DNA of 64,000 nt, taken from Tubiluchus corallicola. Taxonomy: Eukaryota; Animalia; Priapulida. The translations under genes and the position numbers were made by a program. Positions within the stretch are counted from its first letter, which is position 1, and every line of letters begins with the position of its first letter. The notes beneath the pieces were generated by a model, which saw nothing but the letters and a program-made list of their open reading frames with translations, did no database searches and was not told where the DNA came from. This document shows, piece by piece, positions 38,186 through 50,069 of this stretch. The DNA is taken from positions 248,001 to 312,000 of the forward strand of contig JAQGDQ010000022.1 of assembly GCA_030141605.1 (NCBI GenBank). The letters run 5' to 3'.

Positions 38186-38496
38186 GTAAGCCTACAGCGA
38201 GTGTTGAATTGATAGACATAAGTTTGTCACTTTTACCGCCATTAACTATCCATCATCGATAAATATACGATCAATCAATATCTAAAACATTGATTACTAA
38301 TCATCTCGACAGTTGACATTTTCTGTATAATGAATAACAAATCTGATCAGTATGTGTACTCAAGAATATGTATGCATCAGTTTGCAAAAACATTCAATAT
38401 GGCACCAGAAAAAGTTGCTACAAAGACTCACATACAGACTTAACTGTTATTATTAACATTTAAATATACTTACTTATGTAACAACAATTATTTTAG

Positions 38497-38665
38497 AATG
38501 TAGCATTTCTGCTATCAGAAGAAGAAGGTGCAGATTTAGTGGCCACTGTACAAGGATATTACAGATTAACCACTGGACAAAATTTGCCCGTATACGATGG
38601 TAGAACGAGTAGGATGTATGAACTAAAAGAGGAATTCATGCTCAATAATTACAAAGCTATACAAG
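38497..38665 (+). CDS. FRMPD4: FRMPD exon 13 (FERM F3 end helix)
   Basis: NVAFLLSEEEGADLVATVQGYYRL motif; AG|GTAAAA donor, phase 1. Confidence 0.9.
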
Positions 38666-38797
38666 GTAAAAATTCTATACAAAAAAACTGAAATAGCTTT
38701 GTAGCTTACTGACACCTAATAAAATTTCATTCATTTTTAGACACGCAGTTCTTTAGTGCAATTGTGTCATTTAAGTAAGAACCCTTCTCTGTTATAG

Positions 38798-38970
38798 CTT
38801 TAGAAGCTCCGCCATATTATGGTCATCACAGAGTGCTGAAACTAGGCTGGAATTATGCAGTACCCTGTTCAGGAGAAGAAACTTTAACATGCATTGAAAT
38901 GGACATTGATCTAACCAAGAATCCTGCAGACTTGATGGACAGAAACAATGTCTCTACGCCAGATATCTTG
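38798..38970 (+). CDS. FRMPD4: FRMPD exon 14
   Basis: (A)LEAPPYYGHHRVLKLGWNY...; GTATGA donor; an alternative in-frame acceptor 6 nt downstream (38804) is possible. Confidence 0.85.
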
Positions 38971-39386
38971 GTATGAATTGAAAAATATTCTTTGTTCAAT
39001 ATTGCAACATTTTGTGTTTTTGCTACTGTGTGTTGTTGTAATTTTTGTGGATTTTAATTACTGAACTCTGTGCTTTTTCTCTTTTGCATGTAGTATATTC
39101 TGAAGGTTTCAATGATTGTATTTATATTACAAAATCCAAAAAAAGGCTAATTACCAGTTTAACTTTTCTTTATTGTGGGATTTTCTATTAAGTAAATAAT
39201 ACCCTCTCCCATAGTTAGTTCACTGTCTGCTTGCTAATGATATTGAATCTTCTCTGCAACTAACAGTAATAGATGAATATATCCACTTGAAATAAAAATC
39301 AATAAAAGCTCTCTAATATTTATAGATTATAAATCAAAAATTTACAAAATTAAGTTTGAGCTAATTATTTTCATTATTGATTCCAG

Positions 39387-39936
39387 AAACTTACACATGG
39401 TACACCTAATCTGAATGGTTACATTGAAAATCATAATACAGGAGCAAAAGAACAATTTGGAGATGCTCCAAAAAAGAACAATCTTCAACAAGCATTGGAC
39501 AGACATGCAAATAATAGTAATAACAACAACTGGTCAGAGCTTTCTGAAAGTGATTCTGACAGCCTTGGGGCATCAACAGCTACTACTAGTAGCAGCAATA
39601 GTCCAGTTTATCAGCACAGAAGCCAAAAAGAAATTTCAATAACTTCGCCTCTCAAGAGCAGTTTACTGGAGCAGAATGAGCTGGTCAGAAGTTTTATGCT
39701 GTCAGAAGTGGATGCCAGGCGACTCAGTGTTACAATGGACATTGACATCAGCGATATTCCTGCTACCATGTTACATCCAGAAACAGACCTCACCGATCTC
39801 ACTCCACATCAGGGCAGCACTACAGTAGATACCATTAATGGTAATATTCTCCCAAGCGTGTGCCAGCCGCCTGATGAATTCATGGATAATGGACAAAGTT
39901 TGCTGGCTGAAATTCAAGAAGCACTCAACACTTCTG
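39387..39936 (+). CDS. FRMPD4: FRMPD exon 15 (disordered, Ser/acidic; contains PPDEF)
   Basis: ttccAG acceptor in frame with ORF 39495-39965; GTATCA donor in phase 1 matching the last exon. Confidence 0.82.
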
Positions 39937-40246
39937 GTATCACCAATTTACATGATTATTATTAAATTACAGTTCCTAACTGTTGTTTATGCTTGTGTTG
40001 TTGTGCATACGTGAATAACTACATCAGTTTGTGGTTTAATTTCATATTTTCTTCCTGTTTCACTCATGTGTAGTTGCTCCTGAGCCAACTACTAAAGATT
40101 GTCTCACTAAATAATTTGTTTATTACATACTGTAAAATCTCATATACAGTCAATATTTTAATTAAATTTACTCTGAGAGAAAAATAAGATAAAATTTGTC
40201 TTTTGCTTGTGCACATCTTCATGAATGACACTTCTTTGTTATTTAG

Positions 40247-42744
40247 GCACAGCAGAACCAATACTAGAAGATGACTTAAACAGTGAAGATATGCAGCACT
40301 TATTGGATGTCTCATTAGTGGATGACATCGATGAATTTATTGCAAGTGTGATTGTACCACCACCACCTACAAATGAAAGAAATAGCCCTAGCTCAACCAT
40401 GATGGACATCAGCCAACTGCCACCACCAGTTATTCCATACAACAGTGATCTTGAACAAGAACTTGCTATCAGCAATGAGACTGTTACACAAAATTCACCT
40501 AATGACACTAAAGTATGTGTAGAACAAACATCGTCAGGTATAGTTGTTTCTGTTCACAAGAACACAGACACCCCCAAGAAGATTCCACCACAAAATAACT
40601 CAGGTGACAATGCAGAGAAGTGTACCATCAAACGGCAGTCTTCTATTCCAATGCCAACAAGGACAGCTGCTTCCACAACTCTACAGCAAAACTCTGACAC
40701 AGTATCAACAACTACAAAGACATCAGAAAATGTTTCTGAACCAACAAGAAAATTATCTGTCAAAAAATCTGAAGAAGTACCTGATCATTCTTTAACAAAA
40801 AGTGATAACAATAGAAGTTCACAAGGTCAGACCCGGTCCACAACTACACATCAGATAAAATCTTTCCTTCCCGAAAGTAACCCTGTCAGGCCACCAAGAA
40901 AGAACAATCCATCAAAATTGACAACCACAAAGCCTATTGCGCTTGCTAAACCAATTCCAAGAATACAGCAAAAGGAAGAAGAAACAAAAACTAATGCAGG
41001 CCTCGTATCATTGGCATCAAAAGAACGCATTGTACCCAATCAAAATCAAAATAATAACCACCTACATGAAAGAAAAATAAGCCCCGTTCGGAGACAACTT
41101 AGTTATGATGGTGATTCAACCCACAATAGTCTTCAAGTAAAGAAACCTCAGGAGGTCAGTACTGTAAAAGAACTGGTGACTAAAGACCGAATAACATTTA
41201 CTGCACAACGCAAACTTAGTGGAGATCGTTTAGGCTTGGGACTAGAGTCAGTCTCTCAGAAACAAACTACCTTAAGACAAACTGTTGACCGCCATCAACG
41301 CTCTGCAGATAACTCATCAAGGTCTTCTCCACTGCCAACTTCACAGCCAGACTCTTCAGTCCAGACAAAATTCACCAGTATTGCGACAAGGTTTGGATTC
41401 AGGAGAGAAATAAAGCCTATAAGCAAAGTGAAGTCACCAGTATATGAGGACAGCTCCAATAGTCTTCCCAAACCTTCCCAGAAGTCTGACAGCAATGTGT
41501 CACTTATGCCAAGAAAATTCTTATCTACCGAGCACTTGTTAAATGATAAACCAGTAGCAGTGAAAGCCAGACAAAGATCTAACTCTGTCGACGATACTTT
41601 AGATGGCAATATATCACTAAGTAACACATTTTCAAAACCTTCATATGAGCGTCCAAATAGGCGGATGCAGTATGTCTCGCCTTACAATATGCAACGTCCT
41701 CAGTCAAAAACTTCTGGTCAGACCATTCAGCAATCACCTATACTTGGTAGAACTGTAACACCGGTACTAGAGTCAAATAAAAATAATGGCAAATATTACA
41801 CTATTGGGCATTCTCACCTTCGCCCACCGAAAACATTTTGGGTGAACAATGAAAGTACTAATTTTCACAACGACAAAGCACAACCTTTATCACCACACCA
41901 TTCCCGTGCTTCATCAAACATCGAAGACACTAGACCTTCTGACTTTGGGGAAATATCACCGGCAACCAGACTTCCTCGCATGAGAGTGCGTCAGGTAAAG
42001 CTTCGTTCGCAGCAAGGTAAAGCCAACACTGTAGCTGCGAGACCGACTAGGTCTCGCTCTGAGACAAGAGTTCCACAAAAAGAATCTCAAGAAACAAAAA
42101 AAGAAATCATTTTAGATAAAGAACATCAGCGGCTCAGGCACAGTTCTTACCCGGACACTGTACATAAACTGAATATTGTTAATAAATCCGGTGGGCAGAC
42201 ATATGCTGGACCTCATGCTTTTGATATCGCCTATCATGACATTGATATCCTAATTAAGGAACATCTAGATAAAAATCTAACACTTCTTAGAAATATACCT
42301 TCTCACATTATTTTGCCAGATGAAGACGTCTATAGGGAGCAGTTACTGTCCTCGTCCAAAAAATTTGTTATAGATTCTAAGCTTCTAGTAAGTTTTGCAG
42401 CCAAATCTGGCGAGAATGTGATTCAACAGCTGAATGTGTGCATGGAACATCTAACTCAAATGTTGTACACTTGTGGGATCCTGATTCCAACTCTCTCATT
42501 TGATGATATGGCTTTAGAACTGGGCGAGCAAATGCGAGATGTGGCGCAGACATTTAGAACCGCGTTGCCATCCATCAAAGTGGCTACAGAATCAGCTGAA
42601 TCACAGCGCATCGCAGAACATTCTAGAAAAGCAGACATTCAAATGCTGTTGCAACAGGCAGCTAATCTGGCTGCATCTTTGGGTGCACTGATGAGGACAC
42701 TCAGATTCATTGAAGGAGATCTTGAGCTAACAAAACGGATCTAG
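40247..42744 (+). CDS. FRMPD4: FRMPD exon 16 (long disordered region + C-terminal FAT/talin-like helical bundle)
   Basis: ttatttAG acceptor; 839-codon ORF; IDEFIASVIVPPPP motif; C-terminal amphipathic helices (SKKFVIDSKLLVS...LLQQAANLAASLGALMRTL); AATAAA at 42781. Confidence 0.9.
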
Positions 42745-43440
42745 TTATATATCTACTCGCACATTGGGCAACAACACAGTAATAAATGCCTCTTAATATT
42801 TAATAATATGTCAGTAGCCCAGTTAATTCAACGCGTGTTTAATTATTTGTTTAATTAAACACCAAAAGTTACTGTAAATTACTGACCCTTAAAGGTATCA
42901 ATTTTATATTCACAAAATCCATGTAAAATGTGGTGTAAAAGTTCTATTTTAAAAAACCTATTATATACATGTTATGGTTTTAATCTTAGCAATATAAAAC
43001 GACACTATAATGAGTAAGCACTTAATGCAACGTGTATTATGTAAAATACCTTAACAGACATTGTAAAACAGCAGCTAATACATGTTATTATACTGTGTAA
43101 AATTTATGATTTAAAGAAAAATATGGAATATAAAATCAATAAAACTTTACAAACCAGACAAATAATTACGGCATATTTTTCTCTACAATATAAAAATCTT
43201 AACTGAGGTATAATATCAAGACTGCAATAGGTTTTGTGTATTAGATATCTGATTATACAATGTACACATAAAAAGCATACTTGATATTTCGAAGCTATAA
43301 AACTACAAAAAAATAATTAGGGCAGTGAGAAAGCTATCACTGTCAGTGATATGGCAGCCAGTGTAGAATGATTTAATTCAGTCTCCATTAAAATATTTGT
43401 CATATCAATGATGGATGCTATGCATACCCAAGAATGCTTA

Positions 43441-44010
43441 CAGTCTATCATTACTTTTGCATTTACTGTCATTGCCGTTCAACAAATTTATATACAGACT
43501 CACAGATTGTCACTTTTCTCATCACTGTAATAAACATGCACACTGCCTGTCAATTTAATTTGTTTTCTTGTCACACTTATTGCAGAGAGTCATTTTTTTG
43601 ACAATGTTATGCCTTAAACCGACAATTATACGCACTGTTACCTTTTGTCACCGTCATCCAATAACTGTGTACGAAGTGTTATTTTTTATTTACAATCATA
43701 TATCAAAGCTACAGGATGCCACATTTAACACTTACATTACACTCATGCAACATAAATGTTATAATACAGTTATGTCTAAATACAAGTTGTAATACAAACT
43801 GTCAGTATTTCACGTCACTGTCATTTAATAAACCTATACGAACTTTGTACTTATTGTCACTTATTAAAGTTGTGCAGACTCACTGTGACTAGTTCATCTG
43901 GTCATTCAACAAATTTGCGTGCCAATTGTCATTTTACTAGCCCTTTTTGTCACCTTTTCTTATCACTGCCATTTAATGAAGCTGTGCATAGCAAGGTCAC
44001 CACATGCCAT
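43441..44010. repeat. Degenerate repeat (cactgtcatt.aataaa-like core) between the convergent 3' ends
   Basis: Recurrent tgtcac/tgtcatt and aataaa/aacaaa motifs. Confidence 0.55.
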
Positions 44011-44196
44011 TTTTTATTTTAAAAATCAAAAGAAATGCATGTATGACAAACAGAAACGCCACATCTTACCCCATCTACAATGTCAGCATAATGTTTGACA
44101 AAACTTCTTTGTAAAAGAAATAAATGGAAATATTGTAGGGACGTTTTGCAAATTCCTTCAAGGCGACAAATTCTATAAAATTTATATTTATTGGAA

Positions 44197-44609
44197 TTAC
44201 GTTTCAACGCTTTTTATCAGAAATCCTGTAAATGTGGTCCACAAGTGGTAAATGTTGCTGGCCCCGCCGTAGTAAATATTAACGTAAGCAACCTCGTCTT
44301 TCTTCATAAATACAATAACTGAATTGCTCCCAACCGAATGGTTCCACCTTCCGCTGCTGTACAACAACATTGTAGTCCTATCACCAACAAGAAGTCCTCC
44401 CTCTATCCGCTGTCCTGTTGAAGACATCAAGGTCACGTCGAAATAATAGAAGCCTGTGTGTGGCGCAACAAACATCCCAGTGCTTTTGTCGTAGGCGTTA
44501 CCGTAGTTGGTGATGACGTCATTGAAAATGATGGCTCCCTTGGGAGAAAGATGATTCTGGTGTTTCTTGTAACCAACTCTTGCAGAAAAGGCGATCATTG
44601 CATTAACAC
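44197..44609 (-). CDS. C1q globular domain, last exon of the giant coiled-coil C1q-domain-containing protein
   Basis: IAFSA..IIFNDVITNYGNAYD..TGMFVAP..GFYYF...SNSVIVFM...VAYV....WTTFTGFLI is a canonical gC1q; tctctatttAG acceptor in phase 1; AATAAA (minus strand) at 44187-44192. Confidence 0.96.
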
Positions 44610-45197
44610 CTAAATAGAGAATAATGATTAATTAGAAATAAAGAACGTGGTAAGCAGTGATAGCAAATATCGCACATCTTGCATATCTTTTTAATCCTGT
44701 TAAACTAATTTTTATTAAACTTATAAGAATTACATAAAATTAAAAGATCAGTGAGTTTTGAAGTTTTCTTAAAAAATTCATAAAACAAAGCAAAATTTCG
44801 CAATGATGACAGTAGTAACAGCAATTCTGACTGTACACATCCGAAATAGGCTGACACAGACCCGGTGTGTTTCACACAAAATGTTTTCGAACAAAGTAAT
44901 CAGGGCAATAAAGTGTTTTTTTTAATATATTTTGTGTTGATTTCAACGAATCGTAACCCAATAAAAATAAATTCAAAGGGTCGCGCAAAAGTCGAAAATG
45001 TGCACACGGAACTTTTATCAACTAAACGGGGTATCCTCTAAATATTTTTTCCAACGCACAGCTAAAACAACATCTACAGAAACGTTGTTGAACATGATAA
45101 AAGTAAGCAGTCTGCACATAATTAAATAAGAGTGATCATTTCGATCCATACTTGAAAATAATGTTAAGTATTATCCAGGAAAAAGTAAGATTGTGCA

Positions 45198-45326
45198 GAT
45201 GAGGGTGATGATGAAGATGATGATCATGACGATGATAGTCATGATGATGATGGTTATGATGAAGATGTCAATGACGGTGGTGATGGTTATGGCAATGGTA
45301 ATGATGATGACAATGACAATGACGAC
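45198..45326. repeat. Degenerate (GAT)n tract in the last intron of the C1q gene
   Basis: gatgatgaagatgatgatcatgac... triplet tract. Confidence 0.93.
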
Positions 45327-45467
45327 AAACAACAAACAAATTCGCAGCCAAGTAAAACAGTAAGCAGACCGTCAATAAGGCACAATGGCTATTATCCCAT
45401 AGCCATAACTATCAATCGTCAATGAACAAACAACCATTAAAACTAGACTCCTCATTTTGGAACTTAC

Positions 45468-48400
45468 TTTTTGATTCTGCTGTTCTGTCATGAACTCGAA
45501 TCATCTGCTGTACTGCTGACAGTCTGGCTCTGTGATCATGATTTGTCTCACGCAAGTGGTTCGACATGTCCGTCAGATCTTCCAGAAATGTGTCTCTCAG
45601 TTTTTTCAAGCGCCGATCAATATCGTCAACTTTTGGCATGACATCATTTCTCACTTGTCTAATATCACTTTTTAAGTTCTTTAGCTCGTTGTCAAGAACA
45701 TTTCTTTCGTCGTCAAGTTCTTCAAAAACAGTATTTACTTTCGCTCTAGTTTCAGCTACATCTGATGTCAAGCCCTGAATAAGGCGCTTTTTAGATTTCT
45801 CCAACTCTGATATATTTTGTAGGATTTTCTGCATATTAGCTTTGTCTTCATGTATCGATGAGTCTAGAATCACATTCATGTGTTTGATTTTACTGTCATA
45901 CTCGCCAAGAAGTAACTTTTGATCAAGGTATGATTCGTAAACGTATCTGATGGCGGCTTGTGTATCATTCATCCGCCTTTGCAAAATAGTCGTTTCTTCA
46001 ATGGGAGTTTGTATCTGGTGCGTTATGTTATTAATTTGCGCTGACGTGTTTTCCACCTTTACTGTCACAGCTGTCACATTCTCTGCTAACTGTTGAAACT
46101 GTTTCTTGCCAGTCTCAATAGCTGGCTGTACTTCGTCGATTACTGTCTGTTGGATCTGGTCCAGTTGCTTTTGGGATTTCTGTATCTTTTTGTCAACATA
46201 AGCAGTGTAGCGTCTGTTGCGTGCCATGTTTTGCTGTAATGATTTGGCTGTCCTCTTAACTCGGCTGAGATGAGTTTCAGTCATTTTTGTGGTCTCTGCT
46301 GCCGCTTCTGCATCTTGCTTAGCAAACTGCAACTCCAAAAACAGTTTTTCTACTTTTCCGGAAAATTCTCTTTGGTGGTCTTTTTCGAATTTTTCCATGA
46401 GCTTTTTAACATCCTTCAACATGCTTATCTCACGACTCATGTTTTCCATTGTTTTCGAGAGTAAAGTAATTTTTCTGTTTACTTGGTTACCATTTAAACG
46501 AAGATTCTCAGTTTCTTCTGCAAGACTCTGAATGCTTGCCACGTGATTCTTGCTTTGATTTAACAGCAAAACTCGTTCCAACTCCAGCTTATTTGAAATA
46601 TCTTCTAGTTTATATTCTTGGTGTTTAAAACTTTTTACAACGTTATCTACTTTATTTTTTACTTTAATAAATAAACTTTTCAGATTTTGATTTTCACGTT
46701 GCAAAGACTTTTGTTCCGTCTTTTGTTCGATCTCCAATTCAAATAATGAATTAAATTTGCTATTTGTGGCAATTGACAAATTCGTTAGTTTCTTATAAAG
46801 GCTATCTACTTCTTCCCTCACACCATCACATTGTTTCTCTAAACGTTCTATTGCAGCTATACTAGCTTTTAGAGAAGGTTCGTTTTTGATTGAAGTAGAG
46901 TATGCGTAATTAAGGTTTGCATCATAGAACTGACCTTTGTCGGAGTTCATATTTAGAGTAGGTTCATTTAAACTTTCTCTAACATCAGAAACATTTTTCG
47001 CCATTTCGTCAAACGAATCCACTAACATATTAATTAAATCGTCTCTTTCTTTTAACTCTAGTTCGATATCTACGATCTTAGCATGTAGTTTCTGGTTTTT
47101 CGTTTCAGTTTTAGTGTTTATTCCTTGAACATCATTTTTTACCTTATCCATGTTCTCTTGCAAGTTGCGCAGCTCTTGTTCTATTACTTTTTCCTTGTTG
47201 CTAACTTTTTGCTGAAAGTTGTTAACGCTGCGTATTTTTCGCTTCACACTATCCACGTCTTTTACTGTTGAATTTATCAGAACTTCCACAAAGTCCTTTA
47301 CAGAGGACATCAAAGACATCAATTTTTGATCCCGGATCAATTCTTTTGCATTAAATTCATAAAAATCGCTCTGGACAGATGCAAGTTTTCTCATAAACAT
47401 ATCACGGTAAAATTCAGGATTGCTGCTGTTGTCTAAACTGACCATAATTTTTTCAATCTCAGATTCAGATGCACTTGCATTGACGACGACGGAATAAATA
47501 TTTTCTAATAAATCGGTAATTGAAACTAACTGCCCAGCCATATACGTTCCTGCTAGACTTACTTGGTCAATACTTCGTTTGATTTCTGACATATGTCCTG
47601 GAATCCTGTCATGCAATGGCAGTATCAGTTTTTTTAGTTCACCAATATTTTCAGCCAATGACTCAATTTGATCAGACATAACGAGAACATCAAGACTGTC
47701 ATCTATTGAATTACTTGAAGACAATGCACCGTTTGTTGTTTTGGCAGTTGTTGTTAGGTGACGTTGTTTTTTCAACAAATATAGCAGTTCACTAACATCA
47801 CGTGATAAAGATTCAACTGCTATGACAAAGGCACTGATTTCTAGCGAATTGTTACTTAACTGCTTTTCCATTTTCTCCGTTACTGATAAAATATGTTGTC
47901 CTAGTTTGAGGTAGCCATTTGCAGACGGAGCAACTGAAAATAGGTTGTTGGATGAAAGCAGAGGTATGTGGTCGCTTTGAGACACTGATAAGTTCAAGAC
48001 AGCTGCTTCAATAAGATCTAGTTTGGAAAGAAACTTGGGTAAAGTTTTGTCTTTGTCAGAGCAATTCCTAACATCTGGACGACTAGAATTGTAACTGAGA
48101 CGTACTGAATTCAACTTTGAAATAAGGAGCTGCAAATCAGATAGTACTGATGATTCATTAGCAAATGAAGTATGATTGAGCACTTCCAGCGTCTTTGAAG
48201 AAAACATGCATGTTTGTGCGACAAATCCTGACAATGCTTGAAGTGCCTCTGTGGTGTTTTTTTGCAAACTTGTCATCAGCAACAAAGAATTGCTCTGATT
48301 ACTAAATGCTTTTATGAAATTATCCTGAGTAACATTAGCCAGGCCCGGATTGTTTTTACAACAAATTGTACTTTCCAAGATGTTTGACACTGTGCTGTTC

Positions 48401-49908
48401 ATTTGCGTTGCTAGCAGTTCAATTACGGTTTTTGTTTGATTTGTTATCCTACGCTCAAAATCGTGAAGCTTTTCAACAGTGACGTTTTTCACGCTGGGTA
48501 AAAGTTTGTCAAATGTAGGTTTTAATCCGCCAACTGTCTCGGCAAAATCATTTAATGTCTGAACGCGTTTTAGTAATAACTTAGTGTTGGTAATAATGTC
48601 TTCTGCAGCAGAGGAGAACTGCTTGTTGGTTTCTAGAACGCTGCCATAAAGTTGATGAATTGCATGAGAAATATCCGGCAGCTGCCATTCCGTCATTGCT
48701 GTGACGAGGTTCCCTAAAATCTTTGCAAGTTCACGCTGCATGTCTTCATTAAGATCACTAAATGCATGTTCTGTTTTGTTGATTTGAGCTTCGTAATTGC
48801 TATCTATTGAATTTAATACTTTGGTTTCCAGGAGAGCCAAGTTTATATCCAATTGCTGGATTCGGTCTTTCAAATCAAACAAGTACACGTTCTGTTCTTG
48901 AATACTGGCAGCATTTTGCTGCAGTAGGACATTGGTAACATTCTGCTCCACCAACATGGCCAGCAGCAAATGAGGTAGATCGGCTCGATTTTTGGTCTCA
49001 ATCTCAAATAGAGTATCGTTTAAAGAGTCGAATCTAGCGCCAAACTGTTCCGACATATTGCCGAGAGAAAACATGAAACCTTCATATTGCTGGAGCCACG
49101 CTAGCACCATCCTATCTACAAGAGCCATGTTTGCCCTTCCGGCTGCTTCCAAAATGTTGCTTTCCATCGACAACATTTGTCTTGTTACGTTGTCTTGTCG
49201 TGTGGTAACTTTGGCAAAGCTAGCGTTTACAGTAGCACTTAACAAGTCTAAATCCTTTTCAGATTTTGTACAAACTTTCTCAGCACGAGTTGTATTTAAA
49301 AACACATTTGCCACAGTTTCTTCAAATGCCTCTTGCTTTTGAGTAATAATTGAAAGACTTTCATTTAAGTGAACTAAGGAAGGCACGACCTCGTTCAATT
49401 CATCTACTTGGACACTTACGTTTTGTAAAACGTCATGGGATTGCCTTTGGTTGTGATGTAACGACTGCACACCCTTTGCGATAGATATCAGGGAAGCTTT
49501 GTTTTCGAGTTCAGTTAACTCCACGTCACTGACCACTGCAGAAACTGTATTCAGTTTGTCCGAGTTTCGTTCAACTGCTGCTTCTAGTCGTTCAAACAAT
49601 CGTTGGAAATCCGCAGCTTTTAGATATTCAGCCTGCATTCGGTCGATCTTATCACTTATCACTTCCAGCATCTCTACAATGTTGCCACCCGCAACTACTG
49701 CCTTAAAGCTGGAATCACTAGCACCCCGTGTGACGTTTGGGCGATTCGTTGATGAGACTTTAGCAGTGACCCCTTTGTCGTGTGATTGCTTTTTAACTGT
49801 CGCCGCATGTGAAATTGATGCCATCAGTAAAAACGTGGCTATTTTGAATCCGTCCAAGAACCATGGCAACCGTTTTGTGGTCAAATTCATGTTGGCCGTC
49901 ACCCACAC
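45468..49908 (-). CDS. Giant 4.4 kb exon: signal peptide + about 1450 aa coiled-coil region of the C1q-domain protein (multimerin/EMILIN-like architecture)
   Basis: 1498-codon ORF; perfect GTAAGT donor after ...TAESK a| (phase 1) joining in frame to the C1q exon; hydrophobic KIATFLLMASISHA signal-like segment; heptad-rich, Gly/Pro-poor composition. Confidence 0.93.
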
Positions 49909-49978
49909 CTAAAATAATCCAGAAAAAATAAAGTAAAAAAATATTTAACATAAAATTGGCATGACGGATGCTTCTTAC

Positions 49979-50069
49979 CTGGTCGAACGGTAAGTGAAAT
50001 GTCATGGTGTCATACTTCTTCAAAGTTTAGTCTCGTTCACATTGATGTAAAGTAAATGCAATAATTTTG
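49979..50069 (-). CDS. Upstream exon of the C1q gene (5' UTR plus possible start MTFHLPFDQ at 50005)
   Basis: ttcaattttcAG acceptor, CAG|GTAAGA donor, 70 bp intron 49909-49978; in frame with the large exon. The alternative start is the ATG at 49890. Confidence 0.6.

Larger units (their letters stand above)
18785..42744 (+). other. FRMPD4: FERM and PDZ domain-containing protein (FRMPD1/3/4 family, FRMPD4/Preso-like), full gene span, about 1661 aa, 16 coding exons
   Basis: All 16 exons listed below are GT-AG and phase-compatible, summing to 4986 nt. Diagnostic family motifs are LPYGWE, DP..GFGFVAGSEKPVIVR, FMPNVLKVFLENGQTKSF, FVPKDAYDLL..DPVAFEYFY.Q and NQNL..PG.K..T.LQAKLHYL. Confidence 0.9.

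Noticed and set aside
40239-49912. Antisense ORFs overlapping the large FRMPD and C1q exons
   Set aside because: Expected shadow ORFs of long coding exons; no motifs or splice structure.
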